DNA of 64,000 nucleotides from Azolla caroliniana (Eukaryota; Plantae; Polypodiophyta). Made by a program: the position numbers and the translations under genes. Positions 1 through 14,430 of the stretch are shown here, piece by piece; position 1 is the stretch's first letter; each line of letters begins with the position of its first letter. The notes under the pieces are model-generated. The model did not search any database. It saw only the letters and a list, made by a program, of their open reading frames with translations, and had not been told where the DNA came from. Location of the stretch: NCBI GenBank assembly GCA_043228905.1, contig JBHGNT010000020.1, positions 13,454,001 through 13,518,000 of the forward strand, written 5' to 3'.

Positions 1-38
1 TTCACTATCCCACATGCCATGTCTTTCACGCCCCTCGT

Positions 39-1200
39 TCAACTATTGGGAGGGGGGAACAACCATCTGGGTACTTCATACTTCCATAGTATATCCATTC
101 CATTTGTTGTGGTCATCGGTGTAGTACACCATCGCTTTCGAAAATTCAGCCTCATTAGTTCTGCAACATCATCAATACCATCAATCCGCTCATATTGAGC
201 TCTTAGTGTAGTTATTAATGTGTGCCAGATTAGCTTAATCGATTCAGCTAGAGGGCGTTTGTGTGCTGAAAATACCCTGGTACACCTTGCTGTCCATATA
301 CACCATATAGTAATGGGGGCAAGCAAGGTCCAAAGATCTCCAAGTTTTTGATTTTGTGCACAAGTTGTAGGTACCCTGTTGTTTGTGATCAGCCGAGCAA
401 TGTCATTCTCCTCTCTGTACTGAGCATTGCATGTGCTATCGTATTTCGCCACATCAACCTCAAGACAAATCCAGCAAGCATGTCCCCAGTTGAGGGTGAA
501 CGAACTAGAGGCATGGCAAAACAAACGTAGTGTCCTTCCCCATACAACCATTGCCTCGCGACATTCCCATAGACAATGGGAAATGCTTTCTATATGTCCA
601 TATGTAATACATCTAGGGTCTACATTGGGGCCTTTACCCCACGTCCCTACCGGCAATGCTCTATGTGCAATAAGCCATAAACACATCATTATCTTGCGGT
701 CATATATGTCATGCCATATCATTTTCCAAAATTTATCTAGTCTCATTTCACTACTGCCCTCATTATCCAAAATTTCTTTGCCGCAATCTTGTTGTGTTCT
801 TGTTCTACAATAATTTGCCTCCCAATCTTCGTGTTATACCTGAAAAATTGAACCAACTTTTACCCATTAGTTCATCCTTGAGTTCGTCCTTCGGTGTGAT
901 GACCCTTGGGTTAGGGTCAATAATCATATTCTTGCCATTTTTTGCGATTAGCCTAATCGGCCTTTCTCTTTGAAAGGTTGGTTGCTCAACTCTTACCATT
1001 CCACGCTCTAGTTTGTAGTAGCATACCTCATTCGATTCTACTTTCATTCCCTTAATGCTAATTAAACAGTTCTCAACATCTATAAGTGTCCACGCAATTT
1101 CAGAGGTTGTTACTTCTTCCTCTTTCAAGGTATTCTTGAAGCATGCAATGGCATCTGTAATTCTCTTGAGCATGCCTTTACCCCTGCTTATTCGCCACAT
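39..1200 (-). mobile_element. L1-type LINE ORF2 C-terminal remnant (zf-RVT region)
   Basis: ORF 39..770 has WLIAHRALPVG..C..ESISHCLWEC..W and WCIWTARC..VF motifs typical of plant L1 zf-RVT/C-terminus; upstream piece 805..1200 is disrupted. Confidence 0.75.
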
Positions 1201-3579
1201 AGAATATGTAATTCATAAGATTTACTAAGCCTAGATCCATATTTAGGTTTGTAGGATTACAACATATAATTAAACTCGTTGATATGCAATCACAAAAGAG
1301 ATACTAATCACACTAAATTGATATGTTTGCTTGTATACTCTCAAATTATGTGATAAATCTTAATAAGTTGTGCACAAAGGAGTTTGATGACACTAAGGCC
1401 CCGTTCTCAAACTCTAGGTATACATTATTGAACAAGAAGAAAACATCAAAGATCTTTATTATCATTTGTAACACATAAGTTTAAGGAGAGAACTATTAAT
1501 ACCAAAGACACTTTGCATTCAGTAAGGGAATCATGTTATAGAAGAGGATATATATGCATTCATTAATATTACTAGAGATACACATAAACGTCAATGTTAA
1601 GATTTTTTTTCCAAAAAAAGTATTCATCATTAGTAGAAATTCTACATACATAACGAAATGATTAGTTTGCCAACATTATAAAGGCTGTGGCCATGAGAGG
1701 CCAATGACAGAACTCAAAGACTTAGAGTGGAAAACAAAAAAGAATGGCATGATTGGACTTCTATATGTACTGACCGTCTAGCGAAACCCCTTTGAGTATG
1801 ATTCATGGTAACCTTCTTCCATTGAACGATGAACACATATTAGCCTTCAACTTAGTTGAAAGTTTATGTGGATTACTTCAACACCTGCTTCAACTGTTGC
1901 ATTTTTCGACACCAAAATTCTCATGATGCTCAGGCAACTATTTTCTTCAACATGTGTCGACTTAGCCTTATGTAGGCTGACCAAAAGACTTTATATCCTC
2001 ATTGAGATCTACATCAGAAAAAGTTCCTACCAAATCTTCAAGGTCTTTCAGAAATTCCATTTCAATTGAAACCTTCTCAAAAGACTGAATTTCATCTAAT
2101 ACTTCTTTGGAGACTTGGTAGGAGAAATATCATTACATCTAGGCAAATGAGGACCAATATCATTGTCCCCTACCTCTACAGTCCCCGATGTTGCGTTTTC
2201 CTTGCTCTGTTTATCATAGGTACACCATCAGAAACCTGTAGAGGATTTGACATACTTTCATTGATTTCTTCCAGATAGAACCTATTAAGTATCTTGATCT
2301 TCATAATCTGCATTCTCCAATGTGACATTGTCATTGCTATTAAGGAGGCCATTATTTTTAGTTGAAGAGGTTTCAAGAACACCAAATTATCTTCATCTTC
2401 CACATGAAACACTCGACAATTACCATTGAAGACAACCAAAAACAAAATGAGTCTACTCTCCTCATCCCCTCATGAAAATATCTTCAACACCAACATTACC
2501 ATCCCTCATCCTTATCACGAAAATAGAATGACTCTACTCTCCTCATCCCCTCACGAGAATATCTTCAATGTTAAGATTTGATCCTATAACTTTTAAACAA
2601 GAATCTTACGCTCTAACAATCACACCCACTCATTTTAATTAATAATTATATTTTCATATTATTATTATTTAGAGTTATATGGCATTGAAAGCAATGATTG
2701 CCAAATGGCAGACAACGTGTATGCCAAGTGGCGATCATGCATGATCCTATGTATGCTATATAAGTGGAAGATCTGCTTAGTATTGAACCATTGCAATTAC
2801 TATAATTTAGCTTGTGTTCTTTCAATATCATAAGCGGTTCCAAACATCCGATTGTTCTTAGGTTACCTTGGTTCGAAATCCAAAGATTGATCGGAGAAAG
2901 TGTGAAATCATAAACTCATAAGACAACAACAATTCAAGGCTCCTCATTGCATCAACCTCAAAGCTAAGACAAGACCATAGATTGATACATGCGTGATATT
3001 CACAATATTCGAGAATACGAAATGGCCCCAACAATATTATAAAACCATTTGTTTTGCAAAATAAATATACAAAATATTAATTAATTAATTTTTTATTTAA
3101 ATAAATTTAATTCACTAAAAAAGAACAATCATTCATTAATAGATTATACAAAATATGATTAGTATTAACTCTCTTTTATAGTGTCAAATAAAAAAAGGGA
3201 GAGTTTATGAAACTCTATTTTAATTAATTAATTAAAAAAAATTGAATATAAAAAGTGAGGAATTAATGACCTTTTATTTTATTTTATTTGTTTATTAAAA
3301 ATAAAACGAATACTTTTCTATTTATTATAAAATTTAAAATTTTATTAGTGTCTAGTCCCTCTTTTAATGTCCCTTTTTTTTATCCCAAGAAACTAAAAAA
3401 GAGGGAGTTCTTGTACTCTTTTTTGTTTTGGGTTCAACGAATGCTTGACCATGCATTCATATGGTATTCGTTTGCATTCGAATGGAGAACCCCACGAATG
3501 TGAATATGTCAATCTATGGCCAACACATATATACTAGAGATACACATTAATCTCTCAACAAAGGTTACATAAAGAAGCT

Positions 3580-3865
3580 AGGGTAGAAGAGATGTTTGTG
3601 TTTGCAGTGGTCATAACCCTATTTTCAAACCCACAAGATTCTGAGATCCATTTACCATCAAAGTCTCAAGAATTCTCCGATATGTTTGATAAGGTAAAGG
3701 CCAAGAAACTTCTTGATCATCGTTCATATGATTATCCCATCAATTTGAATCCTGAGAATGAACCACCATGGGAACCAAGTTATAACCTTTCTTCGAGAAT
3801 ATATAGATGAGTATCTTGTAAATGGGTTCATTTGACATTCTCGATCTCCTGTTGGTGCTCCAATT
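3580..3865 (+). pseudogene. Fragment of chromovirus pol (PR-RT junction)
   Basis: LPSKSQEFSDMFDKVKAKKLLDHRSYDYPINLNPENEPPWEPSYNLS aligns by eye to LPAKYHPYADVFDKVKAGTLPHHRPYDCPIDLQPGTEPPWGPIYNLS in ORF 22710..26060. Confidence 0.85.
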
Positions 3866-4261
3866 GAAGAGTACAATGGATAGGAATAGGCTTGAACCTT
3901 AAGACTAGTGTGTTACCGAATTGGTTTGAGGACTACAATATGCCTCTATTTATAAGGCCCTAAATGGTATTCTTGGATTTCCTGGAATCTTTTAGAATAT
4001 TCTAGAATACGTATTCTAGATAATTAGAATATTAATGAATTTTTTGGATTATTCTAGAAAGTTTTGAGTTATAAGTGAAATATGAAATGACAATCGTATA
4101 ACATGCAGTACAATAATTATCCCAATGATAAAGCGTTAACATTTGTATAATAAGGTTATGTAATATCTAGTATAACAATTATTCAGATAATAAAGCTTTG
4201 ACATGTGTATTATAAGGTCACGAGTTCAAATCCTTTTGGACAATATAAGGTTATCGTGACA
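3865..4261 (-). mobile_element. Degenerate chromovirus-type LTR remnant
   Basis: Starts TGTCACGA on the minus strand at 4261, has a minus-strand TATA near 3950, TTCTAGAA arrays and a B-box-like GAGTTCAAATCC, the same layout as the T1/T2 LTRs. Confidence 0.55.
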
Positions 4262-5379
4262 CTAGTATTGATGTACATAGAAGGCTAGACTAACAGGTAA
4301 CTAAGTTTTCAACAACAATATTACACATAGGAGTTGACTATTACTAGTATTGATGCATGCATTAGACTAGACTAATAACATTAAGTCGTTTTTTTTTTGA
4401 AATCTTGAGACTTCAAATATGAAAATTGGAGAATGATGATTGAAATAGAGAATGCTTGGTTATAAGAAGAATGACGAAATGGAAGAAGCTTCAAATTTGA
4501 ATATAAGGTAAAACCTCTAGTGTGAGGGGAGAATAACCTACAAAATGGTACGATCCTCTCACAAACATTGGCCCCCATAAATGAAGTGGAACTTAGAACA
4601 ACAAAGGTTGGTTCAAAGCAGTGACGTAGTCTTCAATGATAGCTCGATAAGCTTGGCTTGGGTAAATCAGTGATCAACTACAAGGGTCATTTTTTTCAAA
4701 AATGTCAACACCAATCACTCCTAATCCCCATTGAGAAAGGATCAAAAGTACGAGGGACGAAAATATCATTTCACACTCTTTTACAAAGGTTTCTTTGGCA
4801 AACCCCGAAAGAATAATCTCATCTAGATCCAAAGAAGGAAACATCTATAACATATCTTTGACAAGAAAGTGATTTGTTGTAGAGGTTGCAATTTCACCAA
4901 CCGAGGTAGTCCAAAGAGCATTTTGACACCTCTTCCTCGACATAAGATGGTTCAATGTATACCAGCTGAACAACATGAATGAATCTGAACCAACATGAAT
5001 GGCATCGAGATGATATGGTAGAGTGCTAAAGGGAACAAAGTTCTACACACCCAACCTAAACTACATCAATTACACGGACACAAGAAAAACAACATTTTAA
5101 ATTGAAGCGGTCGTTGCACCGGATACTATGACATGGCGAAAAGCCATGCAAGTCGAGATAGATCAATCAAATAGAGCCGAAGAATCCGAACCAACACAAA
5201 TGGCACCGAGATGATCTAGGAGAGTCCAAAAGACAACTGAGCTCTATACACCCGACCTGAACTACATCAACTACACTGAACAAAGGTCGATGTGTTGGAT
5301 GCTGAGATATAGTGAAAAGCCATGCAATCTGAGATGGAGCTGATCAAAGACAACACAACACATGGAAGTTGGTCCCATT

Positions 5380-6030
5380 ACTAGGAAATAAGAAGCCATT
5401 ACCATATAACTGGGATTCTCCTTGGATGGAAGTTGAGAGAGAGAAAATGCATGAACATACCCTATGCCTCTGTAGTAGGAAGCCTCAAGTATACAATGGG
5501 AGCAACGCAACCCAACGTTGCCTATACAATTGGAGCTTCTAGCCAATGCATGTTGAACCTAGGCAAGAAGCACCGGAAGCAGTGAAGCACATGTTTTGAT
5601 ACCTTTGATGAACCATAAACATGCCATGCCAACTCACATTCAAACCCGTCCATCCAACCGAGATCAAAGGCTACACCTACACCTACACCGACTATGACTA
5701 CATTTGGAACCCCAACACAATCGAAAATCAACATTAGGGTACTTGTTCACACACATGCGGAGAGTTTCTTGGTGGTTGAAACTTCAAAGAAGTGAAAGAT
5801 CTGGCTTTAGATCGGATTTTTCGTGACGGTCAAGTGCAAGAAATCAACGACTGCCCCCAACATTGCATTGCAACTCATAGAACGCAATATGCCTCACGTA
5901 GAATCCAATCTACCATGTGAAGACCCCACATAGAGGTTCAATATCATCATATCAAGGAGCTTTTGTGACTGACTAAAGACTAAAAAATGTGGAAGATAGA
6001 AACCAAGTCGAACATTGTCGATTGCGTGAC
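5380..6030 (+). pseudogene. Heavily degraded Ty1/Copia RT C-terminus and RNase H
   Basis: Broken frames resembling YAM..TRPD.AYAVG..S..M.N.GK.H, GYLFT..VSW and NP.YH.KT.HIEV.YH.I.E motifs. Confidence 0.6.
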
Positions 6031-6994
6031 AAAGCCAATTCTTAATAATTGATTGCTTTTGAGAACTTACTAGATAGATGGGACTGCAACAAGTAGACAA
6101 ACACAAGTAACCGAATCAAGAAGACACATCCAGGAGCATGCAAGACATTGAGCCCGACACCTTTGAGAAAGCAATCAAGGGATAAGACCAAGGAAATCGT
6201 GTCTCCATTCGAGAAAGTCAGATTGAGGAAGATTAGTCCGGAAGTGAAAATTCCCGAACTTCCCCACTCGAGTCGACTAACCTTATGATAAAGGAGTGGG
6301 AGATATATCCAATCGGAGGAGCCAAAAGATTCTTCATGATGTGGAGCATTCAGATAACTAACTGATTCTAAATATTCACTATTTGTACCAACCTGTAGTA
6401 TATAATTTGTATATAGGCTCATTGGGGAGTCCTCACAGACCCAAAGGAGTAGCCCTTTCATGGGTAAGTGTGTTGGAGTGAAATCCCTACTCCTCTAGTG
6501 TATTGTCTTTGTCTTAGTGTGAAACCTAGAGTCCGAGAGAGAGAGAGTGGAACTCAACGCATACTGAATGTCACCTGAGCTCACCTCTCACTTGTATAAA
6601 AGAGGGTCACCCCTTATTTTCTATACAGTGTAACATATATCACACTTGATCAATTTGAGCATGAACTTACCACGCACTTCCTTGTTTGAATTGCTAATCT
6701 CAACTTAGATCCTTAGGCTTTTCTGAACCTTCGATAGGAACCCTTTTGGAGCCATGGATTCTAGTGCAAGATTTGTCCAAGAATTAGCATACTTGCTCAT
6801 CTCTAACATTTGGTTTCCACAAAAAAAATCTATTGTCGGATGTGGCGTCGAGTCAATGACCTCCTCCAATTACTCGTCTAAGTCTTAATTTATCAAATTA
6901 TTTCAATCTTGCTACATAGTCATGGTCCAAGTGCAAGTCCCAAGATCAAGAGTAGTAATCAATGTTAAATGAATATAGATAGAGGGGGTTGTCG

Positions 6995-7421
6995 TGTAAG
7001 CGCAAACGTGCGCGTGCGCTACTTGTGTGGGACCATGAGGGACCCAAACCAAGGAGTACATGATAATGTGCAAGAACATTCTTTAGACTGCCTTGTAAAT
7101 CTCCTTGTGCAAATCCTCTTTTATCTAATTAGTACTCAAGGATCGAGATGAGGAGAAGGTTCCAATGATAAATGTTTCGAGGAGGCAAATGCTCCAAGGA
7201 GGCAGATGTTCACCTCCACAACTTCCCTTCTCTCTTCTCCTTTGTCTCTCTCTCTCTCTGACACACACACTTCTGCAAAGGCCTTTAGGAGCAATGACCA
7301 CATGGACTAGGCTTAATACACTTGATTAACACAAGTATACAAGATTAAGACCAAAATGACCTCATAAGAAGACCTAGACAGTAATTTATACAAGAAATCC
7401 CTTGATAAGGTAGGGCTTACA
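6995..7421 (+). mobile_element. Probable isolated 3' LTR remnant
   Basis: 7-bp inverted termini TGTAAGC...GCTTACA, preceded by purine tract AGAGGGGG; no TSD. Confidence 0.45.
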
Positions 7422-8109
7422 AAATATTCATCGTGATTAAGTACAATGGTGATAACAAGAAGTGATACAATGAATGATTACAAGAGAAGTAGGTATGGTA
7501 GGTTAGTTGCAAGGATCCAAGCTACATGGTCTTCGATGAGGCCTCACCCACCATCAATGGCTATGCCGCCTTTGTTGTTGATGTTGTGTCCTCATGCCAA
7601 TTTGAGCCTTTGTCCATGCCTAACGAACTAATTCCACCTCCTTTACTCTTTCACATCGCCTCTCCAAGTGAGACAAACCCAAAACACTCTAAAAAACTCT
7701 CATGAAGATGAACAAAATTTAAACCCCACTCTCAATGTATGTTGAGAAGAAGAAGAAGAAAACCCTAATGCACATTGGTTGAGATTCAAAGTCTCGACCT
7801 TGTACTTAGTCAATGGCCATAACTATTAAGCTATTTACTTCTCTATATAATAATATATATATATATATTTCTACATATCTATATGATTATGGGTTCCCTT
7901 TTTGTCCACTTCTTACCTTTGGTCTTACCACATCACGAGAGCGTTGCTGCCAATAGCTCACACAAAAGCACCCTAGCCACATGTCTAGTGTTTAAAAAGT
8001 TAATATTGGCTTAGGGTTGGCATGAAAATAATAAATTATTTTGCCTTCCCAAACAACAATGAATTTATTTTAGCAATCAAAATTACCCAGAATCCAATGC
8101 TCAACGTAG

Positions 8110-9010
8110 CAATTGGCCCGGTTCAGTTTCTTGGCCTTGAAATCAAACGAAACGAAACGAAACGAAACCATTTATTTATAATAAAAACCAAACCAAACCG
8201 TGTACGGAAATTTTAGAACCAAAGCAAATCATTTTTTGGAGATATTGATAATCATACATATTATGAATCTATGTGAGAAAATCATCATAAATTTGGTCAT
8301 CATACTTATCATAAATTTAGTTATCACACTTATTATAAATTTGGTCATCATACTTGTCATAAATTTAGTCATTATACATAGGAAATTGGTAAATTCACAG
8401 TTTTTTTTTAATGATAGCCAAATTCCATCTCCCAAAAAAAACTATGAAAATACGGAAAAAACTGTGAATTTACCAATTTCCTATACATATTATAATTTTG
8501 GTCATCATACTTATCATAAATTTGATAATTATACATCAAAAGGACACTACATATAATGTATATAAAATTTAAATAGTTAGAGCCTAGAGGTTTAAAATTA
8601 AAAGTTTAAAGTTAGAGGTGAAAATTTAGGAATATTTTTTAACCTATAAACCTTTAAACCAAACCACATAAACCGAAACTGCTAAACCATGAAATTCAAA
8701 ACCTATACATATTATAATTTTGGTCATTATACTTATCATAAATTTGATAATCATACATCAAAAGGACACTCTACTTATAATGTATATAAAATTTAATAAG
8801 TTAGAGCCTAGAGGTTTAAAATTAAAAGTTGAAAGTTAGCTTAGAGGTGAAAATTTAGGAATATTTTTTAATCTATAAACCTTTAAACCAAACCACATAA
8901 ACCGAAACTGCTAAACCATGAAATTCAAAACCGAACTGAACAAAACCAAACCGGATCATAACATTTGAAACCAAACCAAATGGTTTATTTATTTTTGACC
9001 TAGTAAACCA
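8110..9010. repeat. AT-rich repeat block, possible non-autonomous DNA-transposon remnant
   Basis: AAACG/AAACC(G) runs near both ends, ~24-bp tandem units at 8280-8380, ~225-bp direct duplication (8481-8700 vs 8703-8930); no TIR or TSD found. Confidence 0.5.
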
Positions 9011-10089
9011 TGGCTATTTACAAGTATAGCCCACAAGGGTCACATTTGGACTATCTACAAATATAGTCTCCTGATTTCGGAAATCGATTTTCGGCCTCGG
9101 CCATGCTTGCTCATCGATTTCGGCTCATGTCATCCGGAGGGACCTGGTTTTCCCAACAGTAACAACATATCATATTGGGTGCTACTTAACGACGATGCAA
9201 CTTTACCACATTTCCACACACTCAATGGAAGACCGAGTCAAGAAATCACCGACTTGATCTAGCTTCCTTTAAATCATTTAATGTAACCACAAGTAATTAA
9301 GGTTTACATGAGTTGGGTTCATAACTTATATCTAGAAAGATGATTGGGGAGAGAGACAGAGAGAGGCTTAAACTCTAGTTCTAGGGAGACACATCAAATG
9401 AAGAAGAACACTTACCAAGGTTTATAGTCTCATCTTAATAGCTCTTCAATATTGATCTAAATTACAATTATGCTCCATTCACAAGTAGGAGGGCATATTG
9501 GTTTATAGATATTGTCTTTCACACTTGGAATGCATTTGAGGAGCATAATATTGGGATTCATACCACCTCGTCATAAGTAAAGACCAGGCAACTGCCTAAC
9601 AATGTATAAGACAACCCCCAAAAACCATCCCAATAAGGGATCCATAACTATGGAATTTTCATGCATAAATCTTGTATCATGTCCCTCACCAACCCATTTT
9701 ACCACAACGCCGTTATTGATCTAAATTAAAATTATGCTCCTTTCACACTTACGAGGGTATATATAGGTTTATAGAATTTATACCACCTCTTAATAAGCAA
9801 ACGCTAGACCATTACCTAACATAGTATAAGAGAACCCCCCAAACCCATCCCAATCAACTATGGCATTGTTTTTTTATGCATACATATTGTATCATGTCTC
9901 TCACCAACCCCTTTTACCACAACCATAAACCTCCTCCACCTTCTTCAGCTTATGTAAATTGAGAAGGCTATATCCCCCATTCAATATAGATGATTATTTC
10001 ACCAAACATGGGTAAGCACTTCATATATGTAGTAAGCATAGTTGCCCCCCTATCCTTATATGCTTGGTGTGGTGCTTGAAGCATAACTT

Positions 10090-10260
10090 AAAACTTACAC
10101 TAAGGTCAAAGAGATATGTGTCCCAAGTCAAGAAAGAGAGCCTTCTCTACCACCAACCACATTCTTGCATTAGGTTCTTTGGTAGACAAAGGAAAGGTGC
10201 AAAATAAGTAATTGTAGGGATGCTTGTCGATTTCAACAAGGTCTTTGATACTACAAGGGA
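10090..10260 (+). pseudogene. LINE reverse transcriptase remnant
   Basis: Broken translation FSTTNHILAL..LVDK.....GCLVDFNKVFDT matches the LINE RT STxDHI...FVDFxKAFD region. Confidence 0.6.
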
Positions 10261-11116
10261 TGTCTCCTACAAAGACACCATTATTGAGATGTGATGTGTG
10301 TAAAAGGATAAATTTGTTATAAAGTCAAGCTTCATGGTAATTTGTGAGCTCGATCAAAGTGACCATTAGAAGAAAAAGGAAAAATGATGGGTTGAGGTAA
10401 CAATGAAGGATAGGTCAAATAGTAAAAGCTAGTGATTGTACCACAATTTCTTATGAGCACTAGTCCTTTATGTTAACCGTTTCTGGGGGGGAAACACCTT
10501 CGATGAGCCCACAGGCTATCGGTATCAAGGGGTCGTGTTACGTGGAAGCCTCTTCTGCACCGAGAAGACGTTATGGGAACGAGGAGCGTACACGGGCTAC
10601 AACCCGTTAGACATAGACGTAGCTCGGTTTACAAGTACGGGGAGAATACACAGATAAAGGAGCAGTAAGAGCGAGACTTATATTAAATGATAAAGCTCAC
10701 AGTGATTACAATACACGGCTCTCGGTTGGAAACAGTTTGTGCAGAGCACAATGCTACGATATTAATCTTGCTAATTAATCTAGATATCCCCCCTTCGAGG
10801 TATGCAGATCTCGGTTTATATAGTTTTCTTCTTTAGACAGAGTCGAGCCATCAGCTGATTGTGATGTCTAAAAACTCGACTTATTCTAGTTCTCCCTATT
10901 TCCTCACCTACTTTTCTACCTACCGGTGAGTTTACATATTATGTATTTATATTTTTGGCCTATGGACAACACCTAGCATGCCCGTGGGATAGGACTTTGT
11001 CCGTTGGACCCACGATTCACAAAGTGGAAGGATAACCACGGATTTTTCAAAAACAAAAAAGTTTACAAAAGTTGCCCGTTTATACAAGGGGCTTATGGGT
11101 TTGTTTTAGTCCTCTT

Positions 11117-13811
11117 CTAATATGCCGAGGATATCCTCGGGGGCGTGGGGTTGGTTTGGCTGCTCGGAAGGTGGGGTTGGTGATGGGGGTTTTGTTGCCA
11201 AGTCGGGGATGACTGTGTCTTCGTGTGTGTTGCCCTCTGTTGGTTCCAATTCAGGCAGGGTCGTGGTCGTAGTTTGTGGCTCGGTTGTGATGTGGGGATC
11301 TGTAGGGGCGGGTTCCTCCTGTCAGGCTTCCGTGGTGGGTGGCTCGGGTTCGTGCTCATCGGTCGTGGGAGCTCTGTTAGTCATGGTAGCTAGGCGTTCC
11401 TCCTCGTAAGCTTCGACTTCTAAACGGAACATCATTTGATCGTCGTTGAATTCTTCTAGAAGTTGCTTCATTGCCGCGGTGTGGGATGCTGCTAAGGTAT
11501 GATATTCCTCAGTCAAGTCTTCACGGAGGGTCTGGATGCTGGTGTCATCCATCTTGTAAAACCCTCGGCCCTCCTTCCTTCGGTTCTCGGCGTCCGCGCG
11601 TAATATGTGTAGTTCGACGGCTTGGGCTGACCATTCCTAGCATACACGGTCGAGCGTTTCCTCGTTCTTCTTGGTGAATTGCTGGCGATACTTGTTGATC
11701 ACGATCTTTATTTTAGTATCGTCCATGCCGATGCTAGCGCGGTGAACTTCCACTTCCTCCCTTGTGGCCTTGGCGTCTTCTTGGCATTTGCGGACAAGGA
11801 GCGCCAGAGTAGCTTGGTTATCTTTTGCTTTTGTGATTACGAGCGTGATTGTCTGCTCGTAACGTTTGGTGAGCTGAGCTACAGTTTCATCCATTTCTTG
11901 TCTCCAAGCGTCCCGTTGTCGTTCCCTGGCGGCGATGTCCTCTGTTTGCAATTGGTGATAAGCATAAGAAATTTTCGCCCTTTGCTCTTCAGAGATCCTC
12001 CAGTTTTGCATGTGTTCGCTTGCCAATTCTTGTAATGCCCTTTGTTGACGGCGTAATTCCTGGTTGTTTGCGAATAGCTCGCGTTCCCGTTGGCTATTCC
12101 TCTTTGCTTCTTTCATGAATTGTTCTTTGTCCTCGGTGATAGAGACCTGAAGGTCCATCACCTCTCTTTCTTGTGCTTTGAGTGCGGCCGAGCTTTCAGA
12201 AAGCAGTCGCTTGAGGTCAGCTTCATGGCCTGCGGCTTGTTCCTGTAGTTGGCCAATAATGTTGTTGTGGTTTTGTTCTGCTAACTCGGCCAGAGCGATT
12301 TGGGCCTTAAGCTCCTCTTGGTAGTCACGGAGGGGAGGCCATGTCTAGGTTGCAGCTTGCTGGTTCTAGGGAGTGGGTTCCCTGTCTGTCTGTGTAGATC
12401 TTTCCATGACGATAGGTGGTGGTGGCGTTTGCATGGAAGCGTGGCTGGTTTGGGGGTGCAGGCTTTTATCTGCCAGTGACGATGTCTCGCTTGTCTGTAC
12501 CAAATCCGTCATTGTGCTTGCATCGACTGTGGCTACCCTGGGGTGAGCTGTGTCGTCATTGTGTGCTTCGGTAACAGTAGCACTCAGGTTCGGGTTTGGC
12601 AGAGGGGCTGGTGGGACATCGTTACTTGGGGCAGGGAGGCTTAATGGTGGCTGTTCTTGATGTTGCTACTCTAATGACGCCAGTTTCTGTTCGGCGGCTT
12701 GCCATAGTTCGGTGGCCTGTTTGGCTTGCTGCTGTGTCGTTTTGATACGTCAGGCCATGTCCTTGGCTGCCCGAGTTGTGTGGTGCAGATTTCGATATGC
12801 CTTGACTAAGGCCGTATTCAAATCTGGTAGCTCCATGAGGAGAGAAGCATTCTGTGCTTGCTTCTTCCGCCCTATCTTCTGTAAGGCTCGATCCTCGTGA
12901 GGTTCGATTTCTCCCATTAGAGCTCGTTGGATCATCTTTGTTTCCATGTGCTCCTCAGCCATACGAGCGGCGGCATCTACTTGGGCGTGCGCGAGGAAAT
13001 CCATTAACTCATATGTTGTGTCCAGTCGAAGTAGTGCACTGAACTTGTATGCCTCCGCGGGGAGGTCTTTGTAACCGAGGACTTCCTCTTATATTTGCAT
13101 GGTTTGTCCATGCTTGATCCTACCTACTTGGAGCCATGACTCTACTGGTACCATGGCTGTGGAGGTTGGGCTGGCCTCCTTTGAGTTCTAATGCTGGGTG
13201 CCCTCGGTTTCTGTGGTCGACTCGTGATTGATGCATAGTCTTGTTTTCGGCTGATCGTGTGAGTCTGGGGCCTGTGGTGTTGGCTCCTTGGCTTGTTTCC
13301 TCTTTTGTTGCTGTATGCTTGAGGGCTGCTGGTTTGTGGGGCGTGGGCTTGGTTGTGGAGAGGGCATCGATGTCCTTGGTGTCTTCTGTCGTATGGTGAC
13401 ATCCTCAGTGATGGGCTCCTCGGCCTCGTCCCATTCGACACGGGTCACTGATAACGCCCGTTGCTTCTGTGTTTTTGGTGGGGGTGGTGCCGTGGTGGGA
13501 GTAGGATTCCGCACGACCGAGGGAGGTGGAGAAGGCGAGGGGTCTTCTCATTCTTCCTGGGTCAACGCCAAAATCTTCTCCCGTTGTTTCCGTGGTGGTG
13601 GTGGAGAGGTAAGGATGTTTGATTCTCCAGTCATCTTCTGCTCCATCTGCAGTCTCAATCGAATGTATGTATGTCTCTCTGTGTAGGTCCTTTCTTCTTC
13701 GCCGTCTTCTTTCTGCTGCTCCATCTTTGCTTTCCCTCCCTTCTTCTCTTGTTGTGTGTTGTTGTTGTTCTTTGTTTCTTTTGTCTTTGTGTTTTCATCT
13801 GCTTGCAGCAA
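11117..13811 (-). pseudogene. Extra (non gag-pol) ORF of element B; Pro/Thr-rich and coiled-coil, broken by stops and frameshifts
   Basis: Consecutive same-strand ORFs 13548..13811, 13188..13514, 12750..13004, 11637..12161, 11322..11552 with E/Q/K/R-rich helical composition. Confidence 0.55.
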
Positions 13812-13924
13812 CCACTACATCTTCCATGACTCCAACTCATTCTTCCTCTTCTTGTTGTTCGTTTGCTTTTGTTTTTTTTTATTTTCCCTTTCTTTTTGGC
13901 GGTTGGCTGCTCCGATTTTCTGTC

Positions 13925-14430
13925 TATCGGCCAGCTTGTCGGCTGTCCGTGGCCATATATTGGTTGACGCTCAGCCGTGGCTTGGCCGACTCTTGGCTTC
14001 TCTCAGTCGCTTTCTCAGCTGTGGCTGGGCCGAATCTCAGCCTCTTGGCCGTGGCTAGACTATCTCGTGGCCGTCTCTCAGCTATGAATTGGCCGTCACT
14101 CAGCTTCTCGACCGATTATATGGTTCACGACCGCTTTCTCGGCCGTGCTTGGGCACGACTCTCGGCTTCTCGGCCATGTTTGGGCCTTCTCTCGGCTTCT
14201 CGGCTACATCTCGCGGTCGTGTCCTGGCCACATCTCGGCTGTTTCTTTGGGCCGTGCTGTACTCTCGGCTTCTTGGCCGTGGCTGGGCCGAATCTCGTTT
14301 GCTCGACTGCTTTCTCTAGAGCTTCTCGACCACTGCTTTTCGGCCGCATCTCAGCCCTCTCTCGGCTTCTCGGCTGTCACTCGACCGACATTTCTCGACC
14401 GTTGGTATATGCCGACGTTGTCCGATGGTC
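13925..14430. repeat. Degenerate GC-rich tandem array (CTCGGC/TTCTCGGCCG units)
   Basis: Many recurrences of ctcggc, ttctcggc and gtggctgggccgaatctc (e.g. ~14021 and ~14279). Confidence 0.8.

Noticed and set aside
1700-2450. Possible coding remnant on the minus strand
   Set aside because: Looks codon-like, but I could not recognise any family.
4980-5345. ~200-bp diverged direct duplication (similar one at ~9450-9925)
   Set aside because: Ordinary old local duplications in decayed TE or intergenic DNA, with no further structure.
7770-7835. tRNA-derived SINE head on the minus strand
   Set aside because: Boxes are too degenerate; no tail or TSD.
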